From: Candidatus Hodarchaeota archaeon
GTDB lineage: Archaea > Asgardarchaeota > Heimdallarchaeia > Hodarchaeales > Hodarchaeaceae
Assembly (NCBI GenBank): GCA_029856365.1
Contig: JAHQWW010000001.1
Span: 1-64,000, forward strand
Reading direction: 5' to 3'
Length of the DNA stretch: 64,000 nucleotides
A program made the position numbers and the translations under genes. Shown here piece by piece: positions 18,711 through 29,234 of this stretch (positions within the stretch are counted from its first letter, which is position 1; each line of letters begins with the position of its first letter). Under the pieces are notes generated by a model. That model saw only the letters and a list, made by a program, of their open reading frames with translations, searched no databases and was not told the origin of the DNA.

Positions 18711-21155
18711 ATGTCGGAAAATAAAAGCGAAAAGTACGTTATCTGGTTCGATGAGCTCAGGATCGAAGATGTACCGTTAGTTGGAGGAAAGAACGCCTCT
18801 CTAGGTGAAATGTATCATAGTCTCAAGGAAAAGGGAGTTTTAGTCCCTAATGGTTTTGCTATAACTGCAGCTGCTTATCGTCATCTTTTAAAGGACGCTG
18901 GAATTGAAGATGCAGTTAAGGGAGCATTAGAAGGATTAGACACTCATGATATTCGTAACCTTCAGGAACGTGGAAGAAAAGTTAGAGAGATAATTCGATA
19001 CGCCAAACTTCCTGATGATTTGGAAGAGGAGATCCGAAAAGCATACCATCGTCTTTGTGATGAAACAAGTACAGTTGACGTTGATGTTGCAGTCCGTTCC
19101 AGTGCTACTGCAGAGGATCTCCCTGACGCATCTTTTGCGGGCCAACAAGAAACTTATCTCAACATTCGAGGAGAAGAATCTCTTTTATTTGCCTGTCGTT
19201 CATGTTTTGCTAGTCTTTTTACGAATCGGGCGATAAGCTATAGAGAAGACAAGGGTTTTGGGCATTTTGATGTTTATCTTTCAATAGGAGTGCAAGTAAT
19301 GGTACGCTCCGATGCCGCCTCTTCTGGTGTAATATTTTCTATTGATACTGAATCTGGTTTTAAAGACGCGGTATATATTACCGGTGCTTTCGGTCTAGGT
19401 GAAAATGTGGTGCAAGGAGCTGTGAATCCTGATGAATTCTACGTCTTTAAACCGACGTTAAAGGAAGGAAAGCGCCCTATCATTGGAAAACGTCTCGGGA
19501 CCAAAGAAGAAATGATGGTTTACACCTCAGATCAACGTCGGCCAACTAAAAATGTTGACACACCTGAATCTATGCGAAGATCTTTCTGTATTAATGATGA
19601 CGAAGCTATCCAGCTTGCTAAGTGGGCAACAATAATTGAGGATCACTATGGAAAACCCATGGACATAGAATGGGCTAAAAACGGAGATGGAGATTACGAG
19701 GGTGACGGAAAACTCTATATAGTTCAAGCACGACCAGAAACAGTGCATTCTCAAAAAGCATCTAATGTAATTGAGACTTATGTTTTGAGTGAAAAGGGGA
19801 AAGAACTAGTTAGAGGTCAAGCGGTTGGATCTAAAATAGGACAGGGTAAGGTTAATGTCATTGAGAAATCTTCACGAATTCATGAATTTAAGAAAGGCGA
19901 AGTCTTAGTTACTGATATGACGGATCCTGACTGGGAGCCAATTATGAAAATAGCATCTGCAATTATTACAAATCGTGGTGGGCGTACTTGCCACGCAGCT
20001 ATTGTTTCACGAGAGCTCGGGATTCCAGCAGTTATTGGAACAGAAATCTCAACTAAAGTGCTGAAAGATGGAATGGAGGTCACTGCTTCATGCGCAGAAG
20101 GACAAGAGGGTATTATTTACGAGGGTATCCTTCCTTTCAATGTAGAAAGAATATTCTTAGATGAAATGCCTAAAACTCGAACTAAAATTATGATGAATGT
20201 TGGTATTCCTGAAAAAGCATTCGACCAAGGCCAGATACCCAACGATGGGGTTGGATTAGCAAGAGAAGAATTCATCATAAACTCCTATATAGGAATCCAT
20301 CCCCTTGCTTTACATCACTACGATGAGCTCAAAGAAAAAGCTGATATAGATGGTGAAATTCGAGAAATTATTCGTAAAATTGATGAGAAAACTGCAGCAT
20401 ATGAAGATAAAGAAGAGTTCTTTATTGAAAACCTAGCAATGGGAATCGGCCGTATTGCTGCTGGTTTCTATCCTAACGATGTTGTTGTCCGCTTATCAGA
20501 TTTTAAGACAAATGAGTATGCTAATCTAATCGGAGGATCACTTTATGAACCTGATGAATCCAATCCAATGATCGGTTGGCGGGGTGCTTCACGTTATTAT
20601 GATCCAAGCTTCAAACCTGCCTTTATCATGGAATGTAAAGCGATTAAACGCGTTCGAGATGAAATGGGCTTAACTAATGTCATTACCATGATTCCTTTCT
20701 GTCGCACAGTAGAAGAGGGCCGGAAAGTCATTGTGGCTATGGCTGAAGCGGGCTTGAAACAAGGTGAGAATGGATTAGAAGTCTATGTGATGGCTGAGAT
20801 TCCGTCTAACGTGATTGAAGCTGATGGTTTTGCTGAAATATTCGATGGATTTTCCATTGGGAGTAATGACTTGACACAGCTTGCTCTTGGTCTTGATCGT
20901 GATTCCGAATTAGTTGCTCATATTTATGATGAACGCGACACATCAGTGAAACGGCTAGTGAAATCAGTTATTGATACTGCTAAGGAGAAAGGTAAAAAGA
21001 TTGGCATCTGTGGGCAAGCGCCAAGTGATTTTCCAGAGTTTGCTACTTTCCTTGTCGAATGCGGTATTGATTCCATGAGCTTAAATCCTGATACTGTTGT
21101 AAAGACTAAACTTGATATCGCTAAAAAGGAAAAGGAATTAGGCATTCAACCCTAA
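18711..21155 (+). CDS. ppsA: Phosphoenolpyruvate synthase
   Basis: VGGKNASLGEM, VRSSATAEDLPDASFAGQQET, GGRTCHAAIVSRELG (phospho-His), FSIGSNDLTQ, GICGQAPSD. Confidence 0.96.
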   Translation: MSENKSEKYVIWFDELRIEDVPLVGGKNASLGEMYHSLKEKGVLVPNGFAITAAAYRHLLKDAGIEDAVKGALEGLDTHDIRNLQERGRKVREIIRYAKLPDDLEEEIRKAYHRLCDETSTVDVDVAVRSSATAEDLPDASFAGQQETYLNIRGEESLLFACRSCFASLFTNRAISYREDKGFGHFDVYLSIGVQVMVRSDAASSGVIFSIDTESGFKDAVYITGAFGLGENVVQGAVNPDEFYVFKPTLKEGKRPIIGKRLGTKEEMMVYTSDQRRPTKNVDTPESMRRSFCINDDEAIQLAKWATIIEDHYGKPMDIEWAKNGDGDYEGDGKLYIVQARPETVHSQKASNVIETYVLSEKGKELVRGQAVGSKIGQGKVNVIEKSSRIHEFKKGEVLVTDMTDPDWEPIMKIASAIITNRGGRTCHAAIVSRELGIPAVIGTEISTKVLKDGMEVTASCAEGQEGIIYEGILPFNVERIFLDEMPKTRTKIMMNVGIPEKAFDQGQIPNDGVGLAREEFIINSYIGIHPLALHHYDELKEKADIDGEIREIIRKIDEKTAAYEDKEEFFIENLAMGIGRIAAGFYPNDVVVRLSDFKTNEYANLIGGSLYEPDESNPMIGWRGASRYYDPSFKPAFIMECKAIKRVRDEMGLTNVITMIPFCRTVEEGRKVIVAMAEAGLKQGENGLEVYVMAEIPSNVIEADGFAEIFDGFSIGSNDLTQLALGLDRDSELVAHIYDERDTSVKRLVKSVIDTAKEKGKKIGICGQAPSDFPEFATFLVECGIDSMSLNPDTVVKTKLDIAKKEKELGIQP

Positions 21156-21211
21156 TTTCAAATCCCTTCTTTTATTTAAAGATCGTTTTTCTGCAAAATA
21201 AGCTTTTTTTC

Positions 21212-21568
21212 TTATTTTTCACTTTCAATTTTTTTTAATAGAATTAATCTAAGACATTCAAGGCAAGCCTCGCCCAGACAGCGTTTTTCTGAAACTATCA
21301 AGAGCTTTTCAGGAGTCCTCTCAAGAGTAATAGCTGCAACAGGACATACCCCAATTACAGTGTTCTCAAAGTTTTTTAATTGTGTATGAAGATTAATCTG
21401 GTGGGAAATGTTCTGGATAGTATTTTTGTGAGGCGATTTTTTCGTAAATTCCGTAAATTTATTTCGAGAGAAAAAACGGCTCACTAGATATATATTCAAC
21501 GCTAATAAGGTAAGAAGAACAAATACTATCAAAATAAAAAATACAAGTTGTATCTGAGGTGATATCAT
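21212..21568 (-). CDS. Membrane-anchored degenerate ferredoxin-like protein
   Basis: N-terminal TM helix; VCPVAAI...CLGEACLEC supplies four Cys, enough for one [4Fe-4S] cluster. Confidence 0.55.
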   Translation of the reverse strand: MISPQIQLVFFILIVFVLLTLLALNIYLVSRFFSRNKFTEFTKKSPHKNTIQNISHQINLHTQLKNFENTVIGVCPVAAITLERTPEKLLIVSEKRCLGEACLECLRLILLKKIESEK

Positions 21569-21571
21569 TAT

Positions 21572-22711
21572 TTATCCCTCTAAATCATATCCCATTTCAG
21601 GATCGAAAAAGAGTAAAATAATAGGTCTCATAGAGATTGGATAGCTTGAAAGAATTTTTATGAATCCTGTTATATTTGACATTTGGGGGGGAATAAAATT
21701 GAAATAATGGACCATATTATCCGATATATTCACTGTTAAATGACTTTCACCAAGAACAGTTGAAAAAGATGATGTAGCTTCGCCATTCAAAGGTTTAATT
21801 GATGTATCTAAGGATTTGATTGGGAAATTTTTGAGTAATTGAGAAATTCGATTTATTGCTAAAATCAATTCAACATAACCAACTCTTAATACATTCAATA
21901 GATTATTATCAGTCGCATATGCGTACTTGAGAAAAAGCTGTGCTGATTGTCTTGTAGGAACAGAAGACGGTGTAGTTAATGAGGGAATAGCTCCCGAGGC
22001 TCGTGCTATAGGCCCAGTAATCCCTGTAGTTTTTACATTATCTAAAGAAAGAATTTTCGGCTCTGCAAGAGTATTTTCAATCTTTAACTTTCTCTCGATA
22101 TATTTTGCTATCAACCAAGCGTTTTTTTGTTGGAAAAGAATAATATTTTTAATTTCTGGAATTTTCGAAAGAATTAAAGGCTGGATTATGGATGCTGGGC
22201 GAATTAAACCAAATGGAAATCTAACCTGCCATAAAGATTCAAAAATATATTGAAAAGAGGAATAGGATTCAAAAGAGATTATTGCAGTTTTATGTTCCTC
22301 AAAAAAACGGAAAATCCAATAAAATAGGCAAAAATAGATCATTGCTCTTTCTATATTCAGTAGTAACCCCCTATATTGCTTAATGTCATTTGAGACTATT
22401 GTCCCTGTAATTAATTCAATAGTTTCAGATAATTGGACTTGATGTGAGATAGCATTGATGGGTTGTTCTCTTTCAAGGAGGAAAAATAGTTTAGAAAGAG
22501 GAATATCAGTTTTTAATCTCTGCTTATTACGTTTTTTATGCAGATACTTTCTTAAATCATTGATAGTTATTGTTGTCAAAAGTTGTGAGAATATTTCAGG
22601 GAAAAAACGGAAATTATTTATTTTTTTTGTAGTTTTAATCTCAATATTCTCCATTTTGGAAACCTTGTTGTTACTCGGGATTTTACGGACAACTCTTTCA
22701 TAAATCAACAA
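21572..22711 (-). CDS. Highly diverged NuoD/group 4 [NiFe]-hydrogenase large-subunit-like protein lacking metal-binding Cys
   Basis: ER.....SH...IE...G.........R....IER pattern, GITGPIARASG, C-terminal FDPEMG; no CxxC motifs. Confidence 0.55.
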   Translation of the reverse strand: MLIYERVVRKIPSNNKVSKMENIEIKTTKKINNFRFFPEIFSQLLTTITINDLRKYLHKKRNKQRLKTDIPLSKLFFLLEREQPINAISHQVQLSETIELITGTIVSNDIKQYRGLLLNIERAMIYFCLFYWIFRFFEEHKTAIISFESYSSFQYIFESLWQVRFPFGLIRPASIIQPLILSKIPEIKNIILFQQKNAWLIAKYIERKLKIENTLAEPKILSLDNVKTTGITGPIARASGAIPSLTTPSSVPTRQSAQLFLKYAYATDNNLLNVLRVGYVELILAINRISQLLKNFPIKSLDTSIKPLNGEATSSFSTVLGESHLTVNISDNMVHYFNFIPPQMSNITGFIKILSSYPISMRPIILLFFDPEMGYDLEG

Positions 22712-22823
22712 ATTTGTCTTTCTTTCTTTTTTTTTCTCCTTATATTACAATATAAATTTCATCCTTATTTCATAAATTTATCGCGAAATAAATAATAATT
22801 GAAATCCTAAAGTCGAGAATTAA

Positions 22824-24992
22824 TTGCCAAGGACATTCCACGGAGGCGTACGTTTGGGTTTTCGCCCAGAAAAAATGAATATTGCCAAAATCAGAGTTAA
22901 AAAGGAACTAGGAAGGCTGTTCCTTAATGAAATTAATAGGAAATTCGAACTAGAGATTATTGACTTAGTAAAGACAGCCCAGTTTGAACCGTTGTCATTA
23001 TCAGATGTAGAAACAGAAACCATCAACCTATCTGCTGAGTTTGTCCAAATAACAAAAATTTTGGGCAATATGGATTCAAAATACAGCGGAAGCATGAATC
23101 TTGAAAACCTTTCGTTATCTGATCTTAATGATAAAGCACAATCCTTATTAAAATCAACTCAACCTTTAATAAAAGAATTAAAATCTATAAAGAACATTGA
23201 GGAGGAAATTTCTGATTTTAAGAAAACGATCAGTTCATTAAAGGCGATCAAAAACATAGATATCCAAAATATCCAGGATATAGGAGAGGGAAGCCATTTC
23301 TATGCTGTTCTTGGATTTTTAAAGGGAATTCGTCAGTATCGTCTTGAAATGGCGCTTGATCAACTCACCGGGGGAGATTTTATATTTATTCCTTCTCCTT
23401 CCAGAAAAGCTAAGGTGATTTGTCTCGTTGGAGTAATGAAATCATATCAAGCAGCACTGAATCGCTTACTCAGTGGATTAGGTTTTGATGAAGTTAAATT
23501 CCCTAAAGAACTTAAGGGTACTCCTACTGAAGCTATTGAGCAAGCAAAAACGGAATTAACAAAACGTAATAAAGAAATCAAAACTCTGCGACAAAATGTA
23601 AAAGAGATGGTGGAGGAACATGAGCTAGAAATTCGTGCTATGAAAGAACAACTATCTTTAGAAGAAAATAGATTGAGAATTCTCCAACGGACCCAACTAA
23701 GAAAGCAACATTATATTATCTGGGCCTGGCTCCCAGCAAAAGCATCAAAACGATTTCTTAAGAAGATTCAGCAAATAGATCCTTCAATAACAGCTGAGAT
23801 TATTAAACCGAAGCTTGAAAGTAGTGAATTTCCCACCAAAATCCGTAATAATATCTATTCACGTTCATTCGAGGGTCTTGTTTATGGGTTTGGTGTCCCT
23901 GGATATAAAGAATGGGATCCCACCAAATTCTTGAGTATATTAATTCCTATCTTTTTTGGTATAATGTTTGGAGATGTTATTGACGGGTTGATAGTTCTTC
24001 TTATCGGACTTTATGGCTTAACTTTGAATCCTAAGAAGTATTCCAAAAACTCTATGCTTGCTGAACTTCAGAGTTACATTGATAAAGGGGGCCTAATTCT
24101 AATCACAGTTGGTACAACTGCTATGATATTCGGGTTCCTTTTCGGGACTTATCGAGGGTTAGGGGGTCATCATGCCTTAGAAGTTGGCTTACCTGTTCTA
24201 TGGTTTTCCCCAGAAATCGAGGGGGGGCAATTTGCTTTGTTAGAGCTTGCAATCTTTATAGGAGCATTAGTTATTGGATCTGCTTTAGTTATACAGTTTA
24301 TGGGAGCATTGGGTCATAATAAGAGTGAGGCGATATTTCTTCCAGGAATGTTCCTTCTTTTCTACATTGGTTTAGTATTTCTAGTATTCACTTTTGGCCC
24401 AAATCCAACACAATGGTTAACAGCCACAGAGGGAGTATTTGACTTGAAAGCCTTACAAACGATTGCTCAATATCAGCAGGAATTAATGCAACATCATCAC
24501 ATCGACTTCACCAGTCCAATTGGTACTATATTTGAAAGTCTAGGTTCTGCACATTGGGGAATTCCAGTATTTTCTGTCCCTGGAATAAATATAAGTTATC
24601 CACTCGCGTTAATGTTGTTTCCTCTAATCTTATCAGCAATTTATCATTTTAGACATGGAATGGATGGAATCGGTGAATTACTTGACTACCTAATTACAAT
24701 GATCTCAAATACAATTTCATTTGCGCGTATTTTCGCCTACACCATGGTTCATGGCTCTCTTTCTCTAGTTTTCATTCAACTGTTCTCTGGCAATGCACAT
24801 ACTCTTGTTGAATTTCTTCCTGGTATGATTTTAGGAGGGTTTGTAGTAATCCCTCTAGAATTATTAGTATCATTTCTTCAGTCTTTACGTCTTTGTTGGG
24901 TTGAATTTTTTTCAAAAATTCACTTTCAAGGATCAGGTTATTTATTTCAACCATTTATCGAAACACGATTATATACTACGACAGGTAGCTAA
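22824..24992 (+). CDS. atpI: A/V-type ATP synthase subunit I (a)
   Basis: PGYKEWDPT, FFGIMFGD, SNTISFARIFA (conserved Arg), LRLCWVEFFSK. Confidence 0.9.
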   Translation: MPRTFHGGVRLGFRPEKMNIAKIRVKKELGRLFLNEINRKFELEIIDLVKTAQFEPLSLSDVETETINLSAEFVQITKILGNMDSKYSGSMNLENLSLSDLNDKAQSLLKSTQPLIKELKSIKNIEEEISDFKKTISSLKAIKNIDIQNIQDIGEGSHFYAVLGFLKGIRQYRLEMALDQLTGGDFIFIPSPSRKAKVICLVGVMKSYQAALNRLLSGLGFDEVKFPKELKGTPTEAIEQAKTELTKRNKEIKTLRQNVKEMVEEHELEIRAMKEQLSLEENRLRILQRTQLRKQHYIIWAWLPAKASKRFLKKIQQIDPSITAEIIKPKLESSEFPTKIRNNIYSRSFEGLVYGFGVPGYKEWDPTKFLSILIPIFFGIMFGDVIDGLIVLLIGLYGLTLNPKKYSKNSMLAELQSYIDKGGLILITVGTTAMIFGFLFGTYRGLGGHHALEVGLPVLWFSPEIEGGQFALLELAIFIGALVIGSALVIQFMGALGHNKSEAIFLPGMFLLFYIGLVFLVFTFGPNPTQWLTATEGVFDLKALQTIAQYQQELMQHHHIDFTSPIGTIFESLGSAHWGIPVFSVPGINISYPLALMLFPLILSAIYHFRHGMDGIGELLDYLITMISNTISFARIFAYTMVHGSLSLVFIQLFSGNAHTLVEFLPGMILGGFVVIPLELLVSFLQSLRLCWVEFFSKIHFQGSGYLFQPFIETRLYTTTGS

Positions 24993-25015
24993 GAATATGC
25001 ATTGAGCGTATAAAC

Positions 25016-26098
25016 ATGGGATTTGGGCAAATAACTGAAGCAAAGCGGTATTCGTACATAAATACCCGAATTAAGGCCCGGAAAGGACAGCTACTAACTG
25101 CTGCAGATTATGAACGACTGTTATCAAGTACACTGAAAGAAGGTTTGACTTATCTTCAAAACACTCCACGTTATCAAGAGTCATTCTCTACTTTAGATCC
25201 AAACTCTATGAATTTCACCAATGAATTGGAGCGGCTCCTTTATGAAAATGTTTATAATGAAGTATTTAAATTAACTAAAGATGCTCCTGAGAAAGCTCGT
25301 GATGTTATAGAGTTTTATTTAAAAAAATCTTATATTAAAAAATTAAAACGTATAATTCGTCTAATTCATACGAAAGAACTCGTCTCACTATCATTAGAGG
25401 AGTTCTATGCCGTAACTTCAGAAGAAAAAGTCGAATTATCCATTATTTCAAAAACTGAAAGTATTGAAGAATTAATTCAAAGTCTTCAGACTCACTGGGT
25501 TGTAGAAGCCCTGAAATCAGTAATGGTTGAATATAAAGAACAAAAAAATGTATTATTATTAGAAAATGCTCTTGATCACTTTTATTACAAGCAATTATGG
25601 GAAACAATAATACCATATCAAAATAAAAGGGATCTTGAGGTTGCACAAAAGATTATAGGAATGGAAATTGATCTAAATAATATAAATATCATTTTAAGAA
25701 GTAAAATACTTAACTTTCCACCAGAAGAGATTTTCACTCAATTAATACCAATAAATCACCGATTAGGCTCTAATTTGTCTCAAGCAGTTAGGGCTTTCTC
25801 GTTTTCTGATGCTATAGATAGTTTAAAAACCACAGTATATTCTGATCTAGTTCAGGCGATTTATCGTGAGTATAGGGAGAAAAAAAAATCCATCATTAAG
25901 ATTGAACAGCTTCAACAGGAATGGTTTATTCAAGCATTATTTGCAATGTTAGCTCGATATCCATTTCATATCGGTATATTTTTGTCTTATGTTATATTTC
26001 GTTTACAAGAAACAGAGAACTTGCGAATAATCTTTGAAACAAAATGGAAAGGAATAGATCTCAAATTTGCCCGTGAACTGTTAATTTACTTCAAATAA
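25016..26098 (+). CDS. atpC: A/V-type ATP synthase subunit C (d)
   Basis: YSYINTRIKARKGQLL, LENALDHFYY, EIDLNNINIILRSK, ETENLRII. Confidence 0.85.
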   Translation: MGFGQITEAKRYSYINTRIKARKGQLLTAADYERLLSSTLKEGLTYLQNTPRYQESFSTLDPNSMNFTNELERLLYENVYNEVFKLTKDAPEKARDVIEFYLKKSYIKKLKRIIRLIHTKELVSLSLEEFYAVTSEEKVELSIISKTESIEELIQSLQTHWVVEALKSVMVEYKEQKNVLLLENALDHFYYKQLWETIIPYQNKRDLEVAQKIIGMEIDLNNINIILRSKILNFPPEEIFTQLIPINHRLGSNLSQAVRAFSFSDAIDSLKTTVYSDLVQAIYREYREKKKSIIKIEQLQQEWFIQALFAMLARYPFHIGIFLSYVIFRLQETENLRIIFETKWKGIDLKFARELLIYFK

Positions 26099-26165
26099 CA
26101 TCATCTAGCCAATTAAAAAAAAAGAATGAACATAATAACAAAAACTAAATGGTTGTGAAACATGA

Positions 26166-26558
26166 ATGAACATCCAACAGAAGAAGCAAATTATAAAATT
26201 GCAACTCTTTATAGGTCTAATGGCATTAATTCTTCTCAGTCTATTAATAATGGTTAGCTCTGTGGTAGCTAGTCCTGTAACTACTCAAGAACCTCAGGAA
26301 CCAACTCAGGAATTAGATTATGGACAAGCGATCTTCGGATTGGCTATTGGAGCAGGGATAGCCATGGGACTTGCAGGAGTAGGAGCTGCACTTGCTTTGG
26401 GAACTGCCAGCTCTGCTGCTATTGGTGCAATTGCTGAACGTCCAGAAGTATTTGGGCGGACTATTATTTTCATTGCTTTCATAGAAGGTATTGGTGTCTT
26501 TGGTTTCGTTATTGCTTTTATGCTCTACCTAGCTATTGGACAAATAATAGCTCCCTGA
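26166..26558 (+). CDS. atpK: A/V-type ATP synthase proteolipid subunit K (c), single hairpin with N-terminal leader
   Basis: GLAGVGAALALG, AERPEVFGRTIIFIAFIEG (ion-binding Glu). Confidence 0.9.
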   Translation: MNIQQKKQIIKLQLFIGLMALILLSLLIMVSSVVASPVTTQEPQEPTQELDYGQAIFGLAIGAGIAMGLAGVGAALALGTASSAAIGAIAERPEVFGRTIIFIAFIEGIGVFGFVIAFMLYLAIGQIIAP

Positions 26559-26566
26559 TTTTCTTA

Positions 26567-26878
26567 TTAAAGACAGTCCTCTTCTTCCTCCTCCTCTTCT
26601 TCTGCGGTTATTAGCTTGTTTAGACCTGGAAATGAGGATTTCGAAGAAAACCGTTGAAATGGCTGTTTACTTACCGTGTAGTAAAGCTCAACTATTGCTA
26701 TGGCAAAGAATAGGATGGGCATACCAATTATTACAACATCTCGTAATGGAGATTCTTGGTTTGCTGATAAGAGGTACCCAATGATTAATCCTGCAATAAC
26801 CATCACTGGAATGTTGAAGGCGGCCGCAGCGATAGATGCTGAAGTAGGTAATGTTCGTTTTCTCCTTTCTGGTGACAT
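26567..26878 (-). CDS. Small two-TM protein with acidic tail, weak AtpZ/ATPase-gene-1 resemblance
   Basis: IPVMVIAGLIIGYLLS....P..VVIIG hairpin, E8 tail. Confidence 0.5.
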   Translation of the reverse strand: MSPERRKRTLPTSASIAAAAFNIPVMVIAGLIIGYLLSANQESPLRDVVIIGMPILFFAIAIVELYYTVSKQPFQRFSSKSSFPGLNKLITAEEEEEEEEDCL

Positions 26879-26895
26879 CTATGCTTATTCCTGAT

Positions 26896-27834
26896 CTAGT
26901 CAACTTTGCGAATGCAGGTTTTTCCTATAAAAGAATTCGCTTCTTTTGCTACAGGTTCACATTTTGAACGAAAGAGACACCATACTGATTGATCCCAATC
27001 ATATTCAGGAAGAGTTTCATAGTGACCCATCCCTTTTGCAATAATTAAGTCAGTTCTTCTAATGGTTTCACGAAATTCGTCTGAGACTTCATCTAAAAGT
27101 AAACCTACAGAGTTTGTACCTATAGAGATAATTTCTGGACGAGTTGCAAGATCTAATTCCCACCAAAAATCTCGTAAGTCCGATAAAGTAGCATCATTCA
27201 GAATTGGCTTACTTTTTCCTGCAACAGTTACCTTTTTGCCTTGCTCCAGAAGAATGTCAATAACTTTAAAGTCAAATATAGCCTCTCCTGCATTATCTGT
27301 CAAATAAAGAATAGTAGACGCCCCTGCAATTTCAGAAAAAAAAATAGGAAGGAGTTCAATAGAAAATGTATCCCAATCTTTTTCTGCAGAATCAAAGACA
27401 TTTTGAAGATTTTCTTCTAAATTGAATTCATTTTCTTGGCCTAAAAGGTCATACTCGATGATATTTGCTGCAGTAGCTAGTGCTAAAGCTAATTCAAATT
27501 GTTTTTTTGGATTATTGATAGAATTTACCTTTCTTTGAATCATATGCCAAAGTTTGTTAGTTTGCGCTTTCAAATGTGCTTTTTCCTGCTTATAAGTGTC
27601 GTCTACTTGGAAGTAATTTTGTAGAAACCTATCACGTTTAGTACCAATATAGCTGGGACAAAGTCGAAGAGGATGAAGAATTCTTTCAGAAGCATTGGAA
27701 TTCACATGCTCCGAAATAATCTGAATGACACCTACTAGAGCATTGAAACGAAGCTCCTCATCTGTAGTTAACCTTTCAACTTGTTTTTTTGCCCGATAAT
27801 ACAAACAATAAAGGCAATCTGACTTTATTTTCAA
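26896..27834 (-). CDS. DUF89/ARMT1-like damage-control phosphatase
   Basis: N-terminal CxxC, YLTDNAGEAIFD, PILNDAT, IIAKGMGHYETL, KCEPVA. Confidence 0.85.
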   Translation of the reverse strand: MKIKSDCLYCLYYRAKKQVERLTTDEELRFNALVGVIQIISEHVNSNASERILHPLRLCPSYIGTKRDRFLQNYFQVDDTYKQEKAHLKAQTNKLWHMIQRKVNSINNPKKQFELALALATAANIIEYDLLGQENEFNLEENLQNVFDSAEKDWDTFSIELLPIFFSEIAGASTILYLTDNAGEAIFDFKVIDILLEQGKKVTVAGKSKPILNDATLSDLRDFWWELDLATRPEIISIGTNSVGLLLDEVSDEFRETIRRTDLIIAKGMGHYETLPEYDWDQSVWCLFRSKCEPVAKEANSFIGKTCIRKVD

Positions 27835-27903
27835 TTAAATACCAGCAATTTATCTTTATTTCCTAAAAATGACATTCATTGAATAAAGTTTGTATATATT
27901 GGA

Positions 27904-28374
27904 CTATTCTGATGAGATGGAACTAACTGCGAGTATTGAATCAATAATTTGCTTATAGCCAGTACATCGACAAATAATCCCATTCAATAAATGTTCAATC
28001 TCCTTTCTTTCTAGTGGCTTGCCCTGTTTTAAAAGGTAATGGCCCATAAGAAGAAATGCAGATGTACAAAAACCACATTGCACGGCCCCATTGTTAATAA
28101 ATGATTCTTGGAGCTTTGAAACGCTCCCTTCTATTGATAAACCCTCAACTGTTATTACTCTTTTATTATCAGCTTCGTAAGCCAATACTAGGCAAGATTT
28201 AATGGGAACACCTTCAAGGAGAATCGTACATAGTCCGCAATCACCTTGCCAGCAGGCTGCTTTGACAGATGTGATACGTAAGTGGTTACGAAGAATGTCA
28301 AGAAGGGTTTCATTGGATTTTATTAGGATTTCATGAATCTTGTCATTTACTGTAAGTGTTATCTGCTTTTTCAT
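27904..28374 (-). CDS. Molybdenum hydroxylase small [2Fe-2S] subunit (CoxS-like)
   Basis: CWQGDCGLC...SC, QCGFC, CRCTGY. Confidence 0.92.
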   Translation of the reverse strand: MKKQITLTVNDKIHEILIKSNETLLDILRNHLRITSVKAACWQGDCGLCTILLEGVPIKSCLVLAYEADNKRVITVEGLSIEGSVSKLQESFINNGAVQCGFCTSAFLLMGHYLLKQGKPLERKEIEHLLNGIICRCTGYKQIIDSILAVSSISSE

Positions 28375-29234
28375 AAAATTATCTCCTTGAGGATCAATCT
28401 GGTTAAAATTTCAGTAATGTGGATTCGATAATCTCTACTGGAACGGACATCTGTAATTGGGCTAATTTTTGAATCAATTTCTTTCCAAATAGATTGAAAT
28501 ACATTTTCAGATATTTTTTTCTCAATAATAAGATTAGAAATATCTAGAAAGACAGGCGTAGGAGCAACAGCTGTGAAACCTAGGTAAGTGTGCTCCTGAT
28601 TATGTGATCCTGCAGCCCCCACTAGTGCCAAATCTTCTGCTCCTCGTTTCATCTTCATAAAGGCTGATTTAGTATTAATAGTAGGTTTAGGCATATTAAT
28701 CGACACTATGAGCTCATCTGGAGCAAGATCACTCTTTTTTACCCCTTTGAAGAATTTATCAATCGCTATTAATCTACTCCCTTTTGATTTGGACTGAACC
28801 TCGACAACAGCTTGATGAGTATAAAGCGGGCCTGCGGTGTCAGCAGCTGGAGAAGCTGTTGCAATATTTCCCCCTATAGTTGCCCTGTTTCTTAGAATTT
28901 CATCACACATATCATTAAGAGCTTGATATAATGCAGTATAATACGTTTTTATTTGAGACAGTGTCAATACTTCGGAAATAGGTACTGCTGCGCCAATTGT
29001 TAGCTCATTTGGAGTAAATTCAAGCTTCTTTAACTCAGGAATGTTTTTTACATCAATAATCACATTTGGTTGAATCAATCGATGACGAAGGTCCACAAGT
29101 AAATCAGTTCCTCCTGCAAGAGGTTTGCAATTGGTCTGATGAATATGAAGTAAATTTAATGCTTCTTCTAAGGAGTTAGGAACTTCTATTTCGAATTTAG
29201 GTAGGCCTACATATGAAATGGTTTCTGTCATCAT
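28371..29234 (-). CDS. Molybdenum hydroxylase FAD subunit (CoxM-like)
   Basis: AGGTDL, RNRATIGGNI..ASPAAD, DVRSSRDYR. Confidence 0.92.
   Translation of the reverse strand: MMTETISYVGLPKFEIEVPNSLEEALNLLHIHQTNCKPLAGGTDLLVDLRHRLIQPNVIIDVKNIPELKKLEFTPNELTIGAAVPISEVLTLSQIKTYYTALYQALNDMCDEILRNRATIGGNIATASPAADTAGPLYTHQAVVEVQSKSKGSRLIAIDKFFKGVKKSDLAPDELIVSINMPKPTINTKSAFMKMKRGAEDLALVGAAGSHNQEHTYLGFTAVAPTPVFLDISNLIIEKKISENVFQSIWKEIDSKISPITDVRSSRDYRIHITEILTRLILKEIIL

Noticed and set aside
21572-22711. Functional [NiFe] hydrogenase
   Set aside because: Both CxxC nickel-binding motifs are absent.
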